Origin: Octopus bimaculoides
Lineage: Eukaryota
NCBI RefSeq assembly: GCF_001194135.2
Contig: NC_068981.1
Span: forward strand, 85,674,566-85,738,565
Reading direction: 5' to 3'
DNA: 64,000 nt
Positions within the stretch are counted from its first letter, which is position 1. Every line of letters begins with the position of its first letter. Below are positions 1 to 12,019 of the stretch, one piece after another. The notes under the pieces were generated by a model. It ran no database searches. It had not been told where the DNA came from and saw only the letters and a program-made list of their open reading frames with translations. Position numbers and translations under genes: made by a program.

Positions 1-492
1 TTGTGTTTGTCCCCTCCCTTACCACTTGACAACTGGTGTTGGCTTGTTCACATCTCCAAAACTTAGCAGTTTGGCAAGAGAGACCAACACAATAAATACT
101 AGACTTAAAAAAGTAAATAGTGGGGTCAGTTTCATCAGTTGAACCCTTTAAGGTGGTGCCCCTACATGGCTGCAATCCAGTGAATGAAACAAAGAAAAGA
201 ATAAGAGCATGCATTTTTAATGTTTAAATTTTTTTCTCCCTATCATTTAATATTTGTCTCAGATTTTTGCACAAGGCGAGCAAGTTCGGGGGTGGGGTTA
301 AGTCAGTTACATCAACTCCAGTGTTCAACTGGTCTTTATTTATTAACCCCAAAAGGGATGAAAGACAAAGTCAATCTTGGTAGAATTTGAAGAAAGAATG
401 TAAAGATGAACAAAATGTCTATGAGCATTTTGTCTGGAAGGCTAACAACTCTGTCAGCTCAATGCCTTTCCTCTCTCTTATATTGATACAAA

Positions 493-1000
493 TCATCATC
501 ATCATCATCATCATCGTTTAACGTCCGCTTTCCATGCTAGTATGGGTTGGACGATTTGACTGAGGACTGGTGAACCAGATGGCTACACCAGGCTCCAATC
601 TGATTTGGCAGAGTTTCTACAGTTGGATGCCCTTCCTAACGCCAACCACTCCGAGTGTGTAGTGGGTGCTTTTACGTGCCACCGGCACGAAGGTCAGTCA
701 GGAGGTACTGGCAACAGCCACGCTTGAAATGGTGTATTTTACATGCCACCTGCACAGGAGCCAGTCCAGCGGCACTGGCAACGAACTCGCTCGAATGTCT
801 TTTCACGTGCCACTGGCACAAGTGCCAGGAAGGCGACGTTGGTAACGATCACGCTCAAATGATGCTATTTACGTGCCCTCTGCACGGAAGCCAGACAGCT
901 GGTGCTCTGGCAACGATCACGCTCGGACAGTGCTCTTAGTGATCTACTGGTACAGGTGCCCTCACGATTTCGCTTTCGCTTGCCCCAACAAGTCTTCGCA
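493..1000 (-). mobile_element. 5-prime-truncated RTE LINE (3-prime UTR with (GAT)n tail)
   Basis: Same sequence follows the RT ORF end at 22462-22860 and at 61160-61405; terminal (cat)n cgtttaacgtccgc. Confidence 0.85.
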
Positions 1001-1127
1001 AGCTGAGCTTAGTGTTGAATGAAGAGACTTTGCAGACTAATAGCAAATGCCTTGTTTCTTATATAAATATATTATAAAAACCACTAATGTGAACAAATTT
1101 GAACATGTAAAAGTGAATCATAATTAC

Positions 1128-1243
1128 ATTCATGCGAAAATTTGGTGGAAGTATTTTTCGTATTCAGTCTTTCATTCTTTAATTGTTCGAGTAAAATGTG
1201 ATTTTCTTCTTTGATCAAATCAAGCTGCTGTTCAGCTAATGAT
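1128..1243 (-). CDS. CEP89: CEP89-like exon (SLAEQQLDLIKEENHILLEQLKNERLNTKNTSTKFSHE); gene continues left of the window
   Basis: Acceptor ctttacag and donor gtaatt; 116 nt. Matches recalled human [21 protein letters not shown]. Confidence 0.88.
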
Positions 1244-1425
1244 CTGTAAAGATATTTTACATAATTATAAAATGTTAACATCTTGAAATCTTCAGAGAGA
1301 ACCAGGTCAAAAAATTATGCAGTTTATTAAACTACTAAGAACAAAATGAATGAACGAACGAACAAATGAATGAATGTGTCTTTAATATTTCAATGCTTAG
1401 TAGCCTCCTAGTACATAATCCTTGC

Positions 1426-1470
1426 CTATATATTTCAGGCTGTTTACCATTTGAAGTGAAAAATATTTTG
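1426..1470 (-). CDS. CEP89: Possible optional 45-nt CEP89 cassette exon (KIFFTSNGKQPEIY) with a GC donor
   Basis: Branch-like ctaat, acceptor tttacag, donor AG/gcaagg; open and phase 2-2, matching both neighbours. Not required for frame. Confidence 0.3.
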
Positions 1471-1597
1471 CTGTAAATTAGTTAAGATTTGTAAAACTCC
1501 TCTATACATTAGTTATACTATAATAACAATGAATGAAGTAACACATTAATTGTATAATTACAGAGTGATCTTTAAAAAACATATTATGAGTAATATA

Positions 1598-1813
1598 TAC
1601 GAGGGGATGCTGAAAAGTTCCTAGCTTTGGGTAAAAGAAAATACAGGAGGATCAGTTAATTTATGAATTTACTCAACATATTCCCCTCTCAGATTCACAC
1701 ACTTATTGCAGAAGTCCTTCAGTTTTTCTAAGCCCTTAAAAGAACTCGGAAGGTTAGGCCTCCAACCAGGCCTTTCATGATATCCTTAAGGCCAGGAACT
1801 TTTCAGCACCCCC
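1598..1813. mobile_element. Mariner-type MITE
   Basis: TIR gaggggatgctgaaaagttcct versus aggaacttttcagcaccccc; the left end begins TA-CGAGGGG as in mariner TIRs. Confidence 0.7.
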
Positions 1814-1905
1814 ACCCATATAATTCTTTAAAGAAAATAACATCTCTTTTCACATCAAATTAAATCTTCAATTTTAGTTTTGGATGACTAAATGATTAAA
1901 GAAAC

Positions 1906-2015
1906 CTTTCAAAAACTTTGCTGCTTCCAGATGTCAATTTATCTAGTTTCTCATGCAATAAATCGCTCTCACCAACTAATTCTTTGCATCTCTTTGATAA
2001 ATGTTCAATTTCTTC
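1906..2015 (-). CDS. CEP89: CEP89-like exon (EEIEHLSKRCKELVGESDLLHEKLDKLTSGSSKVFE)
   Basis: Acceptor gtcttttag and donor gtttct; 110 nt = 36 codons + 2 nt. Resembles recalled human [26 protein letters not shown]. Confidence 0.8.
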
Positions 2016-2299
2016 CTAAAAGACATAATAATAATAATAANNNNNNNNNNNNNNNNNNNNNNNNNNNNNNNNNNNNNNNNNNNNNNNNNNNNNNNNNNNN
2101 NNNNNNNNNNNNNNNNNNNNNNNNNNNNNNNNNNNNNNNNNNNNNNNNNNNNNNNNNNNNNNNNNNNNNNNNNNNNNNNNNNNNNNNNNNNNNNNNNNNN
2201 NNNNNNNNNNNNNNNNNNNNNNNNNNNNNNNNNNNNNNNNNNNTGTGTGTGTGTATGTGTGTGTGTGTGTTGCATCTATAGAAATCCACACCTTACAAG

Positions 2300-4977
2300 A
2301 TAGCAATCTGGGAGTCGCACCAATGGATTCCTCATGGTCGAAAATGCCCGGAATCGGCCATTTGTTTTTGTTTTTTTTGGTTGCTTCCTAACACATGAAT
2401 TTTTGCATTAAAAATAATTTTAAACCATCAATTCTAACAATTTTCAAATTGCCAAATTTTTGATATACCAGTCCACAGTTGGCCAATAGACATAGCTCCT
2501 CAGCAGAGCTTTCATTCATGACATTCCCAGGTGTCTGCTGTGGAATCGCTGCAATATATGATTTTGTATTGTAGTCAGTACTACAACTTTTTGCGCATAC
2601 ATCAGAATATCGTTGCATATTGAGAAACTACTTGAATTTGTATTCTTATTCTGCTTATTTTTTAATGCTTCTTTCATTTTTGTAATATACTCATCACCTA
2701 CAGATTTCAATTTTATATCCTGTGCAGTCATTGGCAGTTCTTGGATAACATTAGTCATAATAATTTTTATTTCATTTTCTGCTAACATTACAGCCATCAT
2801 GGTGTCTTCTGGTGGTTCTGTATTTTGGGGAATTAGTCTCGATAGACAATCTGCATGACCAATTTTTTTCAATGGAATATACTACATTTTGAAATTGTAA
2901 TTTAGTAATATTATACCCAACATTGTAGTTGGTTTGCTGTATGGGTAGGTAACCCTTTCTTTGATCCATAAATTGATAGCAATGGTCAATGATCTGTGTG
3001 TAACAGAAAACTTCTACCATGTAGGAACTTGTGAAATTTTTTCACCACAAAGATAATTGATAAGGCTTCTTTTTCTATCTGACTATAGTTTTTTTCTTCA
3101 ATTCCTCAGACGATTTATTTTTAATAGGACAACCATTTATGTTTTTGCAGTAGAGATTTATGGGGAGGTGCCATAAGTCAAATAGCTCCAATCAGTCTGT
3201 ACCAAACAGATTGGTTATGTTCTCCACAATGAATATTCTTGCTTCATGTGTTTTTCCTCGAAATGTGATGTGTGTACACAATTCACCCATGAAATGTAAT
3301 TTATCACCTGTCAAGTCATGCACAATTTTCACTGTTTTATGTAACATCAGTTTCCTGATTTTTCTCCATGTATCCGCATTTATGATTGAAATAACAACAA
3401 ACAAGATGAGGACGAATATCCGTCAAATGTAGATAATGTAAATAATGTATATTACTACCTGTTTTCAACTGTAGTTTAATATTTACACTATTTATTTTTA
3501 TGTGTACAAATTTTCTTGTTTTTGTGTCGTATTCACTTTCTGCTGAAAGTACCTTAGAACTTTTTGTGTTTGACTCTCGTAAACTTGCCCCACAGTGCGA
3601 GCTCTTGTGACCAAGGTTCTGACAATTATAGCATGTTTGGTTTTTAAATGGACATTCTTTTCTGAAGTGTAGGCCTCCACATCTGTAACATGGATTAGGA
3701 CCTGGCACTCTTTTTTGGTTGTACTTTCCAGGTCAACATATCTGTATTTTTGTGGAATCTTTCTCTTGAATTTTTTCACGTCATGCTTCAGGTTTACCAT
3801 TGTTTGACATTCTTCTGCAATGGTCTGTAGAATTAAGTCTTGGTTCGCTTGCTCTATTTTTGAGAGAATCCTTGCCCGAATTTCTCTATGTTCGATTGCC
3901 ATAAGGCCTTGTATGAAGATAAGCAATTTAAAGATATCCTGAGTAAGTTCCTGAAGTTTCAAGCTTTCATACAAACAGTTGACTACTCCAGCATATATAA
4001 TAAAGTCATCATCATCACTTTTGTTAAGTTCCAACACTCCATTCAAGTGTTAAATGATGAACTTTTGTCACAAAAGATCTTTGATATTAATTCAATAGTC
4101 TCACTTTATTTTTCTCACTTGACTAATCTCACTTGACTTTTTGAGCAATATAAAGTTACAGTAGCATTCATGCTTGGCCAGAGCTACCTTGTGTAGTAAT
4201 AGCCTCACTTTCTCCTCATCCAACCATGACTTGCAATCTTTGTTAAAAATTTCCTCATACCTTCAATAGTACACAGGAAATGTAATACCCTCCTCTGAAT
4301 TATAAGTGATTTCAGAAATTGAGTTTGCCAGGCCGTCTGGTGTAAACAAACTTACAGAATTTTTGAACTTCTTTGACTGTAACTCAATTAACTGTTGTTA
4401 TTGTTGTAATATTTGCTTCTGCAACTTCTGTAGTTGTTCCTGTTGCTTCTCTTGAAGCTGTATTACTGCAGCTAATAGGTTATCCATAATTTGACAATTT
4501 GTGTGTCATACAAATTTGTATGACACACAAATTGCCAAACAAATTTGAATGACGCACAAATTGTCAAATAACCTACATGAGCTTCGAAAAATCCTCGTCG
4601 CCAGATGTTATATCTTTATGCCTCCAATATTGTAGTACAGTTGATATTGTCAACGATAGATAAAGAATACACTGTAACAGTGTTATAACAATACAAAATG
4701 GAAACAGCAGCAGTAACAAACAAGTAACGAACCAACAATCTTTTATGAACCGACAATCAATATTTCCAACACACTAACTTGAACTGTAAACTGTACCTGG
4801 ACATCGAAAACCAAACTACAAACTGTCAACTATGTCAGACTGCTACTATTTATATGTAGTGGTCCCGTCTATTCTCATCAGAGAGTGTCATACCCTCGTA
4901 CAACACGCTCTGAAGGAGTGGACATAATGACAGGAGAATTCCATCAGATTTATTCAAAACTTTTTGCCACATTAACA
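2300..4977 (-). mobile_element. Ty3/Gypsy LTR retrotransposon remnant (LTR, PBS, gag with CCHC knuckles, protease, RNase H end, integrase start; RT core missing)
   Basis: Broken ORFs: CYRCGGLHFRKEC...CYNCQNLGHKSSHC; KLQLKTGS (DTG decayed); NLFGTD; KKIGHADCLSRL; HILQRFHSRHLGMS. Lies in a CEP89 intron. Confidence 0.9.
4606..4977 (-). repeat. Gypsy 5-prime LTR (372 bp, TGTTA...TAACA) followed by PBS TGGCGACGAGG at 4603..4593
   Basis: Inverted TG...CA termini, a 2-nt spacer, then a TGG-initiated PBS directly before the gag leader. Confidence 0.75.
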
Positions 4978-5224
4978 TAATTTATTTCTTTATTTTATTG
5001 CATACACTTTTGTTGAGCTAAACCCTTGTAGTCTGCCTGGAATGTAATAATTAAATTCCCTTAACTATGAAGACAGACTGGTGCTTAGCTTCTAACTTGG
5101 TTGCTTGAGACTGCTACATAAAGATAAATTTTCTAAAAATATAAAGCAATGTTTGCTATAGAATAAATCATATAATATCACAGACAATATCATCTTCAAA
5201 ATTTATACTTATCCAAAAATTTAC

Positions 5225-5308
5225 TTTGTATGTTGCAATATTCTTTTCTTGTTGACTTGTTTGTTTTTCATATTCAAATATTAAAGGTGACAAGTATTTG
5301 GTACTAAT
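5225..5308 (-). CDS. CEP89: CEP89-like exon (ISTKYLSPLIFEYEKQTSQQEKNIATYK)
   Basis: Acceptor cttttcag and donor gtaaat; 84 nt. Matches recalled human [20 protein letters not shown]. Confidence 0.9.
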
Positions 5309-5739
5309 CTGAAAAGGAAGAAAATAATTATCAATCAATATTTGAAATAAGATTATAAACATTTAATACTGGCCAGTCTATGCAATGCTTTTATCACTAT
5401 TTCATTCTAGACAGTTCTATATATAGAAAAATAACTTGATTTTAATTAGAAAAGTATGCTAGCTTTCATGGCATTTAGTCTTCAAATACAGTTTTTATTT
5501 CTACCTTAACTACAGCTGTTTGATTTTAACATCATATAGAAATCAAACAAGCTCAAAATTGAAACAATTTCAGAAATTCTAATCATATCTTTTAATTCAG
5601 GTATAGAATAACAGTAAAAAAGAATCATTCATTATTCTACTATAAACTTAAGATGTCTCGAGAGAGTCATTATGCAAATAGCAATCACATGCACTGGTTC
5701 AATTTCACTTCTTTATTGTTGTAAGTCAATTGGTTAATC

Positions 5740-6056
5740 TTCTTCTTCTTCCGCCCTTTTAAAGCCTAGCCAGGCTCATGGGCTCGGTTTCCCGGTTTCT
5801 ATGGTGTATATGCTCCCCTCCCCAGCTGGACGGGACACCAGTCCATCGCAGCATTACTCAAGAAACAGGAAGAAAGAGTGAGAGAAAGTTGGGGCGAAAG
5901 AGTACAACAGGGGTCGCCACCACCCCCTGCCGGAGCCTCGTGGAGCTTTAGGTGCTTTCACCCAATAAACACACACAACGCCTGGTCTGGGAATCGAAAC
6001 AGGTTTCCTCCGACCATGAGTCCGCTGCCCTAACCACTGGGCCATTGCGCCTCCAC
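5740..6056 (-). mobile_element. tRNA-derived SINE, head H1 with (GAA)n tail, 13-bp TSD
   Basis: Pol III A/B-box-like head (ggcccagtggttagggcagcggac...ggtttcgattccc); perfect TSD caattggttaatc at 5727..5739 and 6057..6069. Confidence 0.9.
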
Positions 6057-6284
6057 CAATTGGTTAATCATATACCCAATTAACCATTCGATGTATTTGA
6101 TCAAATGTTTGGTCAATCAATCCATCAGCTAGGTTTGTCAAAGTCCTTTCATTACCAATTACAACCTCATTAATGACACGCCCTCTCTACTCCATCTCTG
6201 ACTGAGGTCTGCTTGTCCTTAAGATTTTGTTTTCCAAAAATTTAACAACAAAGAAAGGAAAATTTAATGCAATTTCTTACTCAC

Positions 6285-6335
6285 AAGCCACGAAGGAATT
6301 GGACCTTCATTTGGTAAACCAACAATGTTGTGACC
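6285..6335 (-). CDS. CEP89: CEP89-like exon (GHNIVGLPNEGPIPSWL)
   Basis: Acceptor tctag and donor gtgagt; 51 nt, phase 0-0. Matches recalled human NIEGLPSKGPIPPWL. Confidence 0.9.
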
Positions 6336-6853
6336 CTAGATAAGAACAACAACAACAACACATAATCAACTTCAAAAATAAATAAATGAAAATATTTTTT
6401 TATTAAGTTTTACCTGGTTTTAATGTTTGAAGATGTGCATATGTATGTGCTATGTGCTTGCACAAGTGTTTAGGTGTGTGTGTGTGTGCATGTGCCCTAA
6501 TGTTTTGCATCTAAGTTTGAAAAGTTGATTTAAAATACTGAACTATTATTGTTATTTTTTGAGACAGAAAGCCATAAACTTGCTATAATACAGCAAGTGT
6601 ATGCAAGTATGTCCAAAAAAGGATCATACCACTTACTACATATGCTGCTAATTATCAAATATGCCATTGGCACATAAAAAGCACCAACCGAACGTGACCA
6701 ATGCCAGCACCCCGACTGGCCCCTGTGCCAGTGGCACGTAAAAAGCACCATCTGAATGTGATCGATGCCAGGCCCACCCGACTGACTCCTGTGCCAGTGG
6801 CACATAAAAAGCACCCACTACACTCTCGGAGTGGTTGGTGTTAGGAAGGGCTA

Positions 6854-7551
6854 CCGGATCTAGTTCAAAACAGGGGCGCCAGTATTTTCTTAATGAAACA
6901 CTTTGAAACTTGGGACACTGGTAGAATGTGTCATAGTCTTCTTAAGAAAAATTAATATATTGCAACTTATTTCATGTTAAAGTTGTCGTATTTCTGTAAT
7001 TTCAACCAATCACTGACGTCCATTCAGCCGAATACAGTAAGTGCTGACTACGTAAACAAACGATTCTCAAAAGATTCTGGCGGTGATAAAATTATTATTT
7101 CCTTGTCAAAAAATGGCTGAAGCATATTGGCAGTAGCTAATAAACCTTTCTATTATAGGCACAAGGCCTGGTTTTTGAGGGAAGGGTTAGGGTTAGGGCA
7201 AATGTTGTACACATACAGTTCAGGCAGATGTTAACGAAATTATATTAAACATAAAACGAAGGAAAACGAACATACGTGTGTTGCCTCTCTGCAAAATGTC
7301 AGAAGTAATGGAGATTAAATNNNNNNNNNNCTGCCAAAGGAGTAACTGTAAACAGCTGAATACTTGTCAGTGATTGGTTGAAATTATTGAAATAAGACAA
7401 TTTTTTACATGAAATAACTTCAAATACAAAAATTTTTTCTGTTCTATAACACAAAATAGATAAGTATACGAAGTTTGAAAGTCTTTCGGTACCAAAAACA
7501 CTACATAAAACATAAATGAAAACTGGTGCCCCCGTTTTGAACTAGATTCGG
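6854..7551. mobile_element. Non-autonomous DNA transposon with 30-bp TIRs, inserted into an RTE tail and carrying a TTAGGG tract
   Basis: TIRs 6854..6883 and 7522..7551 are 27/30 identical; the host RTE tail resumes on both sides (ggaagggc / aaccagctgtagaaac). A partial inverted second copy lies at about 15885..16190. Confidence 0.85.
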
Positions 7552-7759
7552 GCAACCAGCTGTAGAAACTCTGCCAAATCAGATTGGAGCCTGGTGTAGC
7601 CATCCGGTTTCACCAGTCCTCAGTCAAATTGTCCAACCCATGCTAGCATGGAAAGCGGACGTTAAACAATGATGATGATGATGATGATGATGATACCATA
7701 GGAAAACTAGCAGATATTTCCAATTGATAAGGTATCAGTTTCTACTTTATACAGAATCT

Positions 7760-7776
7760 TGATGATGACTATAATA

Positions 7777-7826
<50 letters not shown>

Positions 7827-7850
7827 AATAATAATAATAATAATAATAAT
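7760..7850. repeat. (GAT)n/(AAT)n microsatellite; many others, e.g. (TG)n 20545-20628, (ATG)n 42190-42255, (TA)n 46350-46400
   Basis: Read directly; explains the poly-M/H/I ORFs in the track. Confidence 0.95.
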
Positions 7851-8300
7851 CCTTTCTGCTATAGGCACAAGGCCTGAAATTTGGTGGGAGGGGGCCAGTC
7901 GCCAGTCGATTAGGTTGAAACCAGTACACAACTGGTACTTAATTTATCGACTGAAAGGATGAAAGGCAAAGTCAACCTCAGCAGAATTTGAACTCAGAAT
8001 ATAAAGACAGATGAAATATCGCTAAGCATTTCGCCTAGTGTGCTAACAATTTTGCCAGCTCATTGCCATAATAATAATAATAATAATGGTTTCAAATTTT
8101 GGCACATGGCCAACAAGTTTGGGGGAGGGGGTAAGTTGATTACATTGACCCCAGTGCTCAACTTGTACTTATTTTATCGACCCCAAAATGACGAAAAGCA
8201 AAGTCAACCTCAGTGGAATTTGAACTCAGAACGTAGAGACAAATGAAATGCCACTAAGCATATTGCCCGGTGTGCTAATGATTTTGCCAGCTCACTGCCT
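7835..8300 (-). mobile_element. Two tandem SINEs of family B (Deu/Nin-like core ctttgcctttcatcctttcggggtcgataaa, (TTA)n tail)
   Basis: Repeated body. Other copies at about 260-460, 22870-23095, 30238-30432, 47370-47530, 53385-53580, 57600-57790 and 59800-60700. Confidence 0.8.
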
Positions 8301-10534
8301 TAATGGCCTTTGAAATATTGATGATACTCATTCTATCATTCATTTTACACTAAATAATTAACGATAAAAACTCAGGAAATTTGAAGTCATGTGAGTACTT
8401 CCTTGATAAAAATCAACCGCTCTGTTGTTAATCAAAATTATTTTATCATACAATCTTCAATAATTTCTTCTTGAGATATATATACTTTTTTTAAACTGTC
8501 ATTCACACTATGTTCGTTTTCCAATTGCCATTCCACTTTCAAACATCTATTTTTCCATCTTTTCTTTCCTCTTTTACTTGTTTCAGTCATTGGACTATGA
8601 CCACACAAACCCTTGAAGGGTTTAGTCAAACAAATCAATCCTAGCTGTCAAATGGTTATGAGGGACAAACACAAATACACATCCTCCTCCCATACACAAC
8701 AAGTTACCTCACAGTTTCCATCTACCAAATTCCCTCACAAGGCAATGGTTGGCCCAGGGCTATAGTAAAAGACACTTGCCCAAGGTGCTGCACAGTGGAA
8801 CTGAACCCTAAAATACATGGTTGCAAAGCAAGCTTCATTTGGTATATTGGATTAACTCCAAGGTTATAATGTTGGTTATATCAATTACATAGTATAAAAT
8901 TATAGTTTACATTGTTTATAAAACAGCTGTTTTCACAGTGCTGGCCATAGAGTAGCAACTATGTCAAAGGAACAAAAGACCTTTGCAATTAACACAAACA
9001 TAGGTACAGGTGTTACTCACAGACACAGGCATGATTATGTGGTAAGCAGTTTGCTTCCCAACCACATGGATCTGGGTTCAATCTTACTGTATGGTACCTT
9101 GAGCAAGTGTTTTCTACCATGGCCCCAGGCCAACGCCTTGTGAGTATATTTGGTAGATAGAAACTGAAAGAAGTCTGTCACATATGCATATGTGTGTGTG
9201 GTGCGTTGAATGTGTGTGTCTTTCTCTCTGTCCCCCCCAGCAATGGATTATCAGAATATCTTTAGAGCACAGAACAAAGTGCCTTGTGGTATTTATTCCA
9301 AGTCTTAACATTCTGAGTTCAAATCCTGCTAAGATCAACTTTGCCTTTAACCCTTCAGGGATCAATATAATAAAATACCTATGAAATACTGGAGTAGATA
9401 AAAATCAACTGTTCCGTTTTCCCAAATATATAAGAAAACAATTATAACTAAGCCTAATTATTCCAAAGGATATTTTGTGTTTTTGCTGACACAGTTTGTA
9501 GAGACGAACAATAAAGAAGCTTGTTGTTGTTGCTATTGGTGTAGGTGGTGGTTAGCCAAATCAGCCCTGATTAAACATAACTATAATCAAAAACACACCA
9601 GCCATGACCACATCATTGGATGTTGGGGTGGGTTTTTTAAAAAATTTTTCAGACACAATCATAGGGACCACATTATTCAATTTATCCTATTTTTTGTATA
9701 ATAGAAGACTGAGGTTTGAGAGAGATTTTGTTCTATTTCTAGGTAGTGCAACTCTATGCAGCAGGCATGGGCAACCTTTCTATCGTAGCTAGAAGGGGGC
9801 TGAGGGGGCAGCACCACTTTTGAGTCTGCTGTAGGCAGTATATATATTTTTGTGAGGGTCCAGAGGCAGCAAACTAAAGAGCAGCCCTGGGTGGCACACA
9901 CTCTAGCTACACTAGTGAGAAGTGGACCACATGGGACATGGATCTTCATCGCACAGGTCACACTACTAAAAAATTCATGGTAAGTTTTCATGAGGCATGC
10001 CATTCAGAAAGTCCTACAAGCTGCAGTTTGCCATCATACGTACATCTATATGTATGATGGTATCTGGTCTAGTAGATAGGGGTGCTGCACTCGCAAGAGC
10101 TTGGTTTTGAGTCCAAGACTGTGTTGCGAGTTGAGTTCTGGAGCAAAACACTTCATTTCACTTTGTTCCAGTTCACTCTGATGACCCCCGTTCGGGGGGG
10201 GGGGGGTAATCGCGGTCACTGAATTGGTATGGAAACCGACAATTCAGGATCCTCCATTATTATCAAGGGATGTAAGATCAATTAAATAGTTTAGTCATAA
10301 TTAAATAAAATAATAAGTAATTATTTAAATAAACATATCTACTAATATGACTATTATACTTTTTTTTTTATTGTTTTCAATTATTTTTGTACATGGGATT
10401 TTTTAATGATAAACACAGGTGGTGTTCCAGCATAGCCACAATCACATGACTGAAACAAGTAAAAGAATAAAAGAATATATGTTATAGAAAATTTAAGCTT
10501 GGGATGTAATATGCAAATATGAAGAAAAATTTAC

Positions 10535-10662
10535 TTCTTTTAGGACTTCAGCACAACCAAATTTCGCTTGATATTTACTCAGTTCTCTGTTTAATTTGTA
10601 AACTAAATCTCGTAAATCCTTTAACTCTGCTTTCAGTTGTTGTATTCGAGATTTATCAGAAT
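10535..10662 (-). CDS. CEP89: CEP89-like coiled-coil exon (SDKSRIQQLKAELKDLRDLVYKLNRELSKYQAKFGCAEVLKE)
   Basis: Acceptor ttacag and donor gtaaat; 128 nt = 2 nt + 42 codons. KLNRELSKYQAKF matches recalled human ALNVELSRYQTKF. Confidence 0.9.
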
Positions 10663-11442
10663 CTGTAATTTCCAACAAAAAATAAATAAATAAATAAATC
10701 AGTAAAAAAGAACAAAATGAAATGAAAAAGAGTAAAAGGAAAACAAGCAATTTGTCCATTGCTAATTTATATTTTTGAATTTGGATTAAATTAACTTGAC
10801 TTCTATTAATCCTTTGCTATTTTCATAAGATGTAAGTCCTCACATACTCTTCTATTCTATTCTTGGCTTGAATGGCTACCTCAGGCACCAGCACCCTTTG
10901 CACCCATCAGGATGAAGAGGCTCAACCACTCGCTACAGATTAACTACTCAGATATAAATTAATGCCACCAACAACAATGTTCTCACATTCACACACACAC
11001 ACACTATCTCTTTCTATCTTCTACCATTTACTTGTTTCATGCATTGGACTGCAGCCAAGCTGGGGCACCTCCTTGAAGGGGTTTAGTCAAATAAAATCTA
11101 ATAGTTATTTTGAAGTCTGGTACTTATTCTATCAGCCTCTTTTGCTGAACCACTAAGTTATGGGGGGACATAAACAAACAAACACCACTTGTCAAGTGGC
11201 AGTGGGAGACAATCACAAACACAAAGTCATGCATTCATACACAAACATACACACATATACAACAGGCTTCTATAGTTTCTGCTTACCAAATTCCTTCACA
11301 GGCATTTATTGGCTCAAAGCTACAGTAGAAGACACCTACCCAAGGTATCATGCAGTGGCACTGAACCCAAAACAACAGAATCGCAAAGCAAACTTCTAAA
11401 TCACACACCCAAGTTTAGTAATAAGATTTGATTCAAGAAGAT

Positions 11443-11827
11443 TGTTGTTGGCACTCCGTCGCTTACGACGTCGAGGGTTCCAGTTGATCCGATCAACGGA
11501 ACAGCCTGCTCGTGAAATTAACGTGCAAGTGGCTGAGCACTCCACAGACACGTGTACCCTTAACGTAGTTCTCGGGGATATTCAGCATGACACAGTGAGA
11601 CAAGGCTGACCCTTTGAATTACAGGCACAACAGAAACAGGAAGTAAGAGTGAGAGAAAGTTGTGATGGAAGAGTACAGCAGGGTTCGCCACCATCCTCTG
11701 CCGGAGCCTCGTGGAGCTTTAGGTGTTTTCGCTCAATAAACACTCACAACGCCCGGTCTGGGAATCGAAACCGCGATCCTATGACCACGAGTCCGCTGCC
11801 CTAACCACTGGTCCAATGCGCCTCCAC
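11443..11827 (-). mobile_element. tRNA-derived SINE, head H1 with (CAA)n tail, 14-bp TSD
   Basis: TSD tgattcaagaagat (11429..11442) and tgattcatgaagat (11828..11841); near-identical to 28510..28878. Confidence 0.92.
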
Positions 11828-11919
11828 TGATTCATGAAGATATTCCATTGAGTAACAACAGGCAGAACCAAATATATGTTTTCAAAGTACTACTATTATC
11901 ACTGAGAAGCATATCTTAC

Positions 11920-12019
11920 CATGACTGTTCTGTAAAGCCTGTATTTGCTTTTGTACTTCCTCATTATGAAAATCTGTCACGTCTGTTGCTTCGACAAATC
12001 TACCATTGTTTCTTAATTC
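11920..12019 (-). CDS. CEP89: CEP89-like exon (ELRNNGRFVEATDVTDFHNEEVQKQIQALQNSH)
   Basis: Acceptor ttttttctctag and donor gtaaga; 100 nt = 33 codons + 1 nt, supplying the phase-1 join (G+AT) needed by the 10662 exon. Confidence 0.75.

Noticed and set aside
660-960. Regularly spaced gtgcca/ggcac subrepeats superficially like a CRISPR array
   Set aside because: Imperfect tandem subunits of the RTE 3-prime UTR in a eukaryote; no constant repeat with unique spacers and no cas genes.
5990-6056. tRNA-like sequences (also near 11760-11827, 13880-13925, 24425-24490, 28820-28878)
   Set aside because: They have A/B boxes but continue into SINE bodies with TSDs and lack a full cloverleaf; these are SINE heads, not tRNA genes.
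7707-7962. Poly-Met/His/Ile ORFs (also 42135-42395 and 53300-53485)
   Set aside because: Translations of (GAT)n and (AAT)n microsatellites.
10031-10060. Small hairpin ccatcatac...gtatgatgg
   Set aside because: A 9-bp stem in AT-rich DNA next to a decayed SINE is expected by chance.
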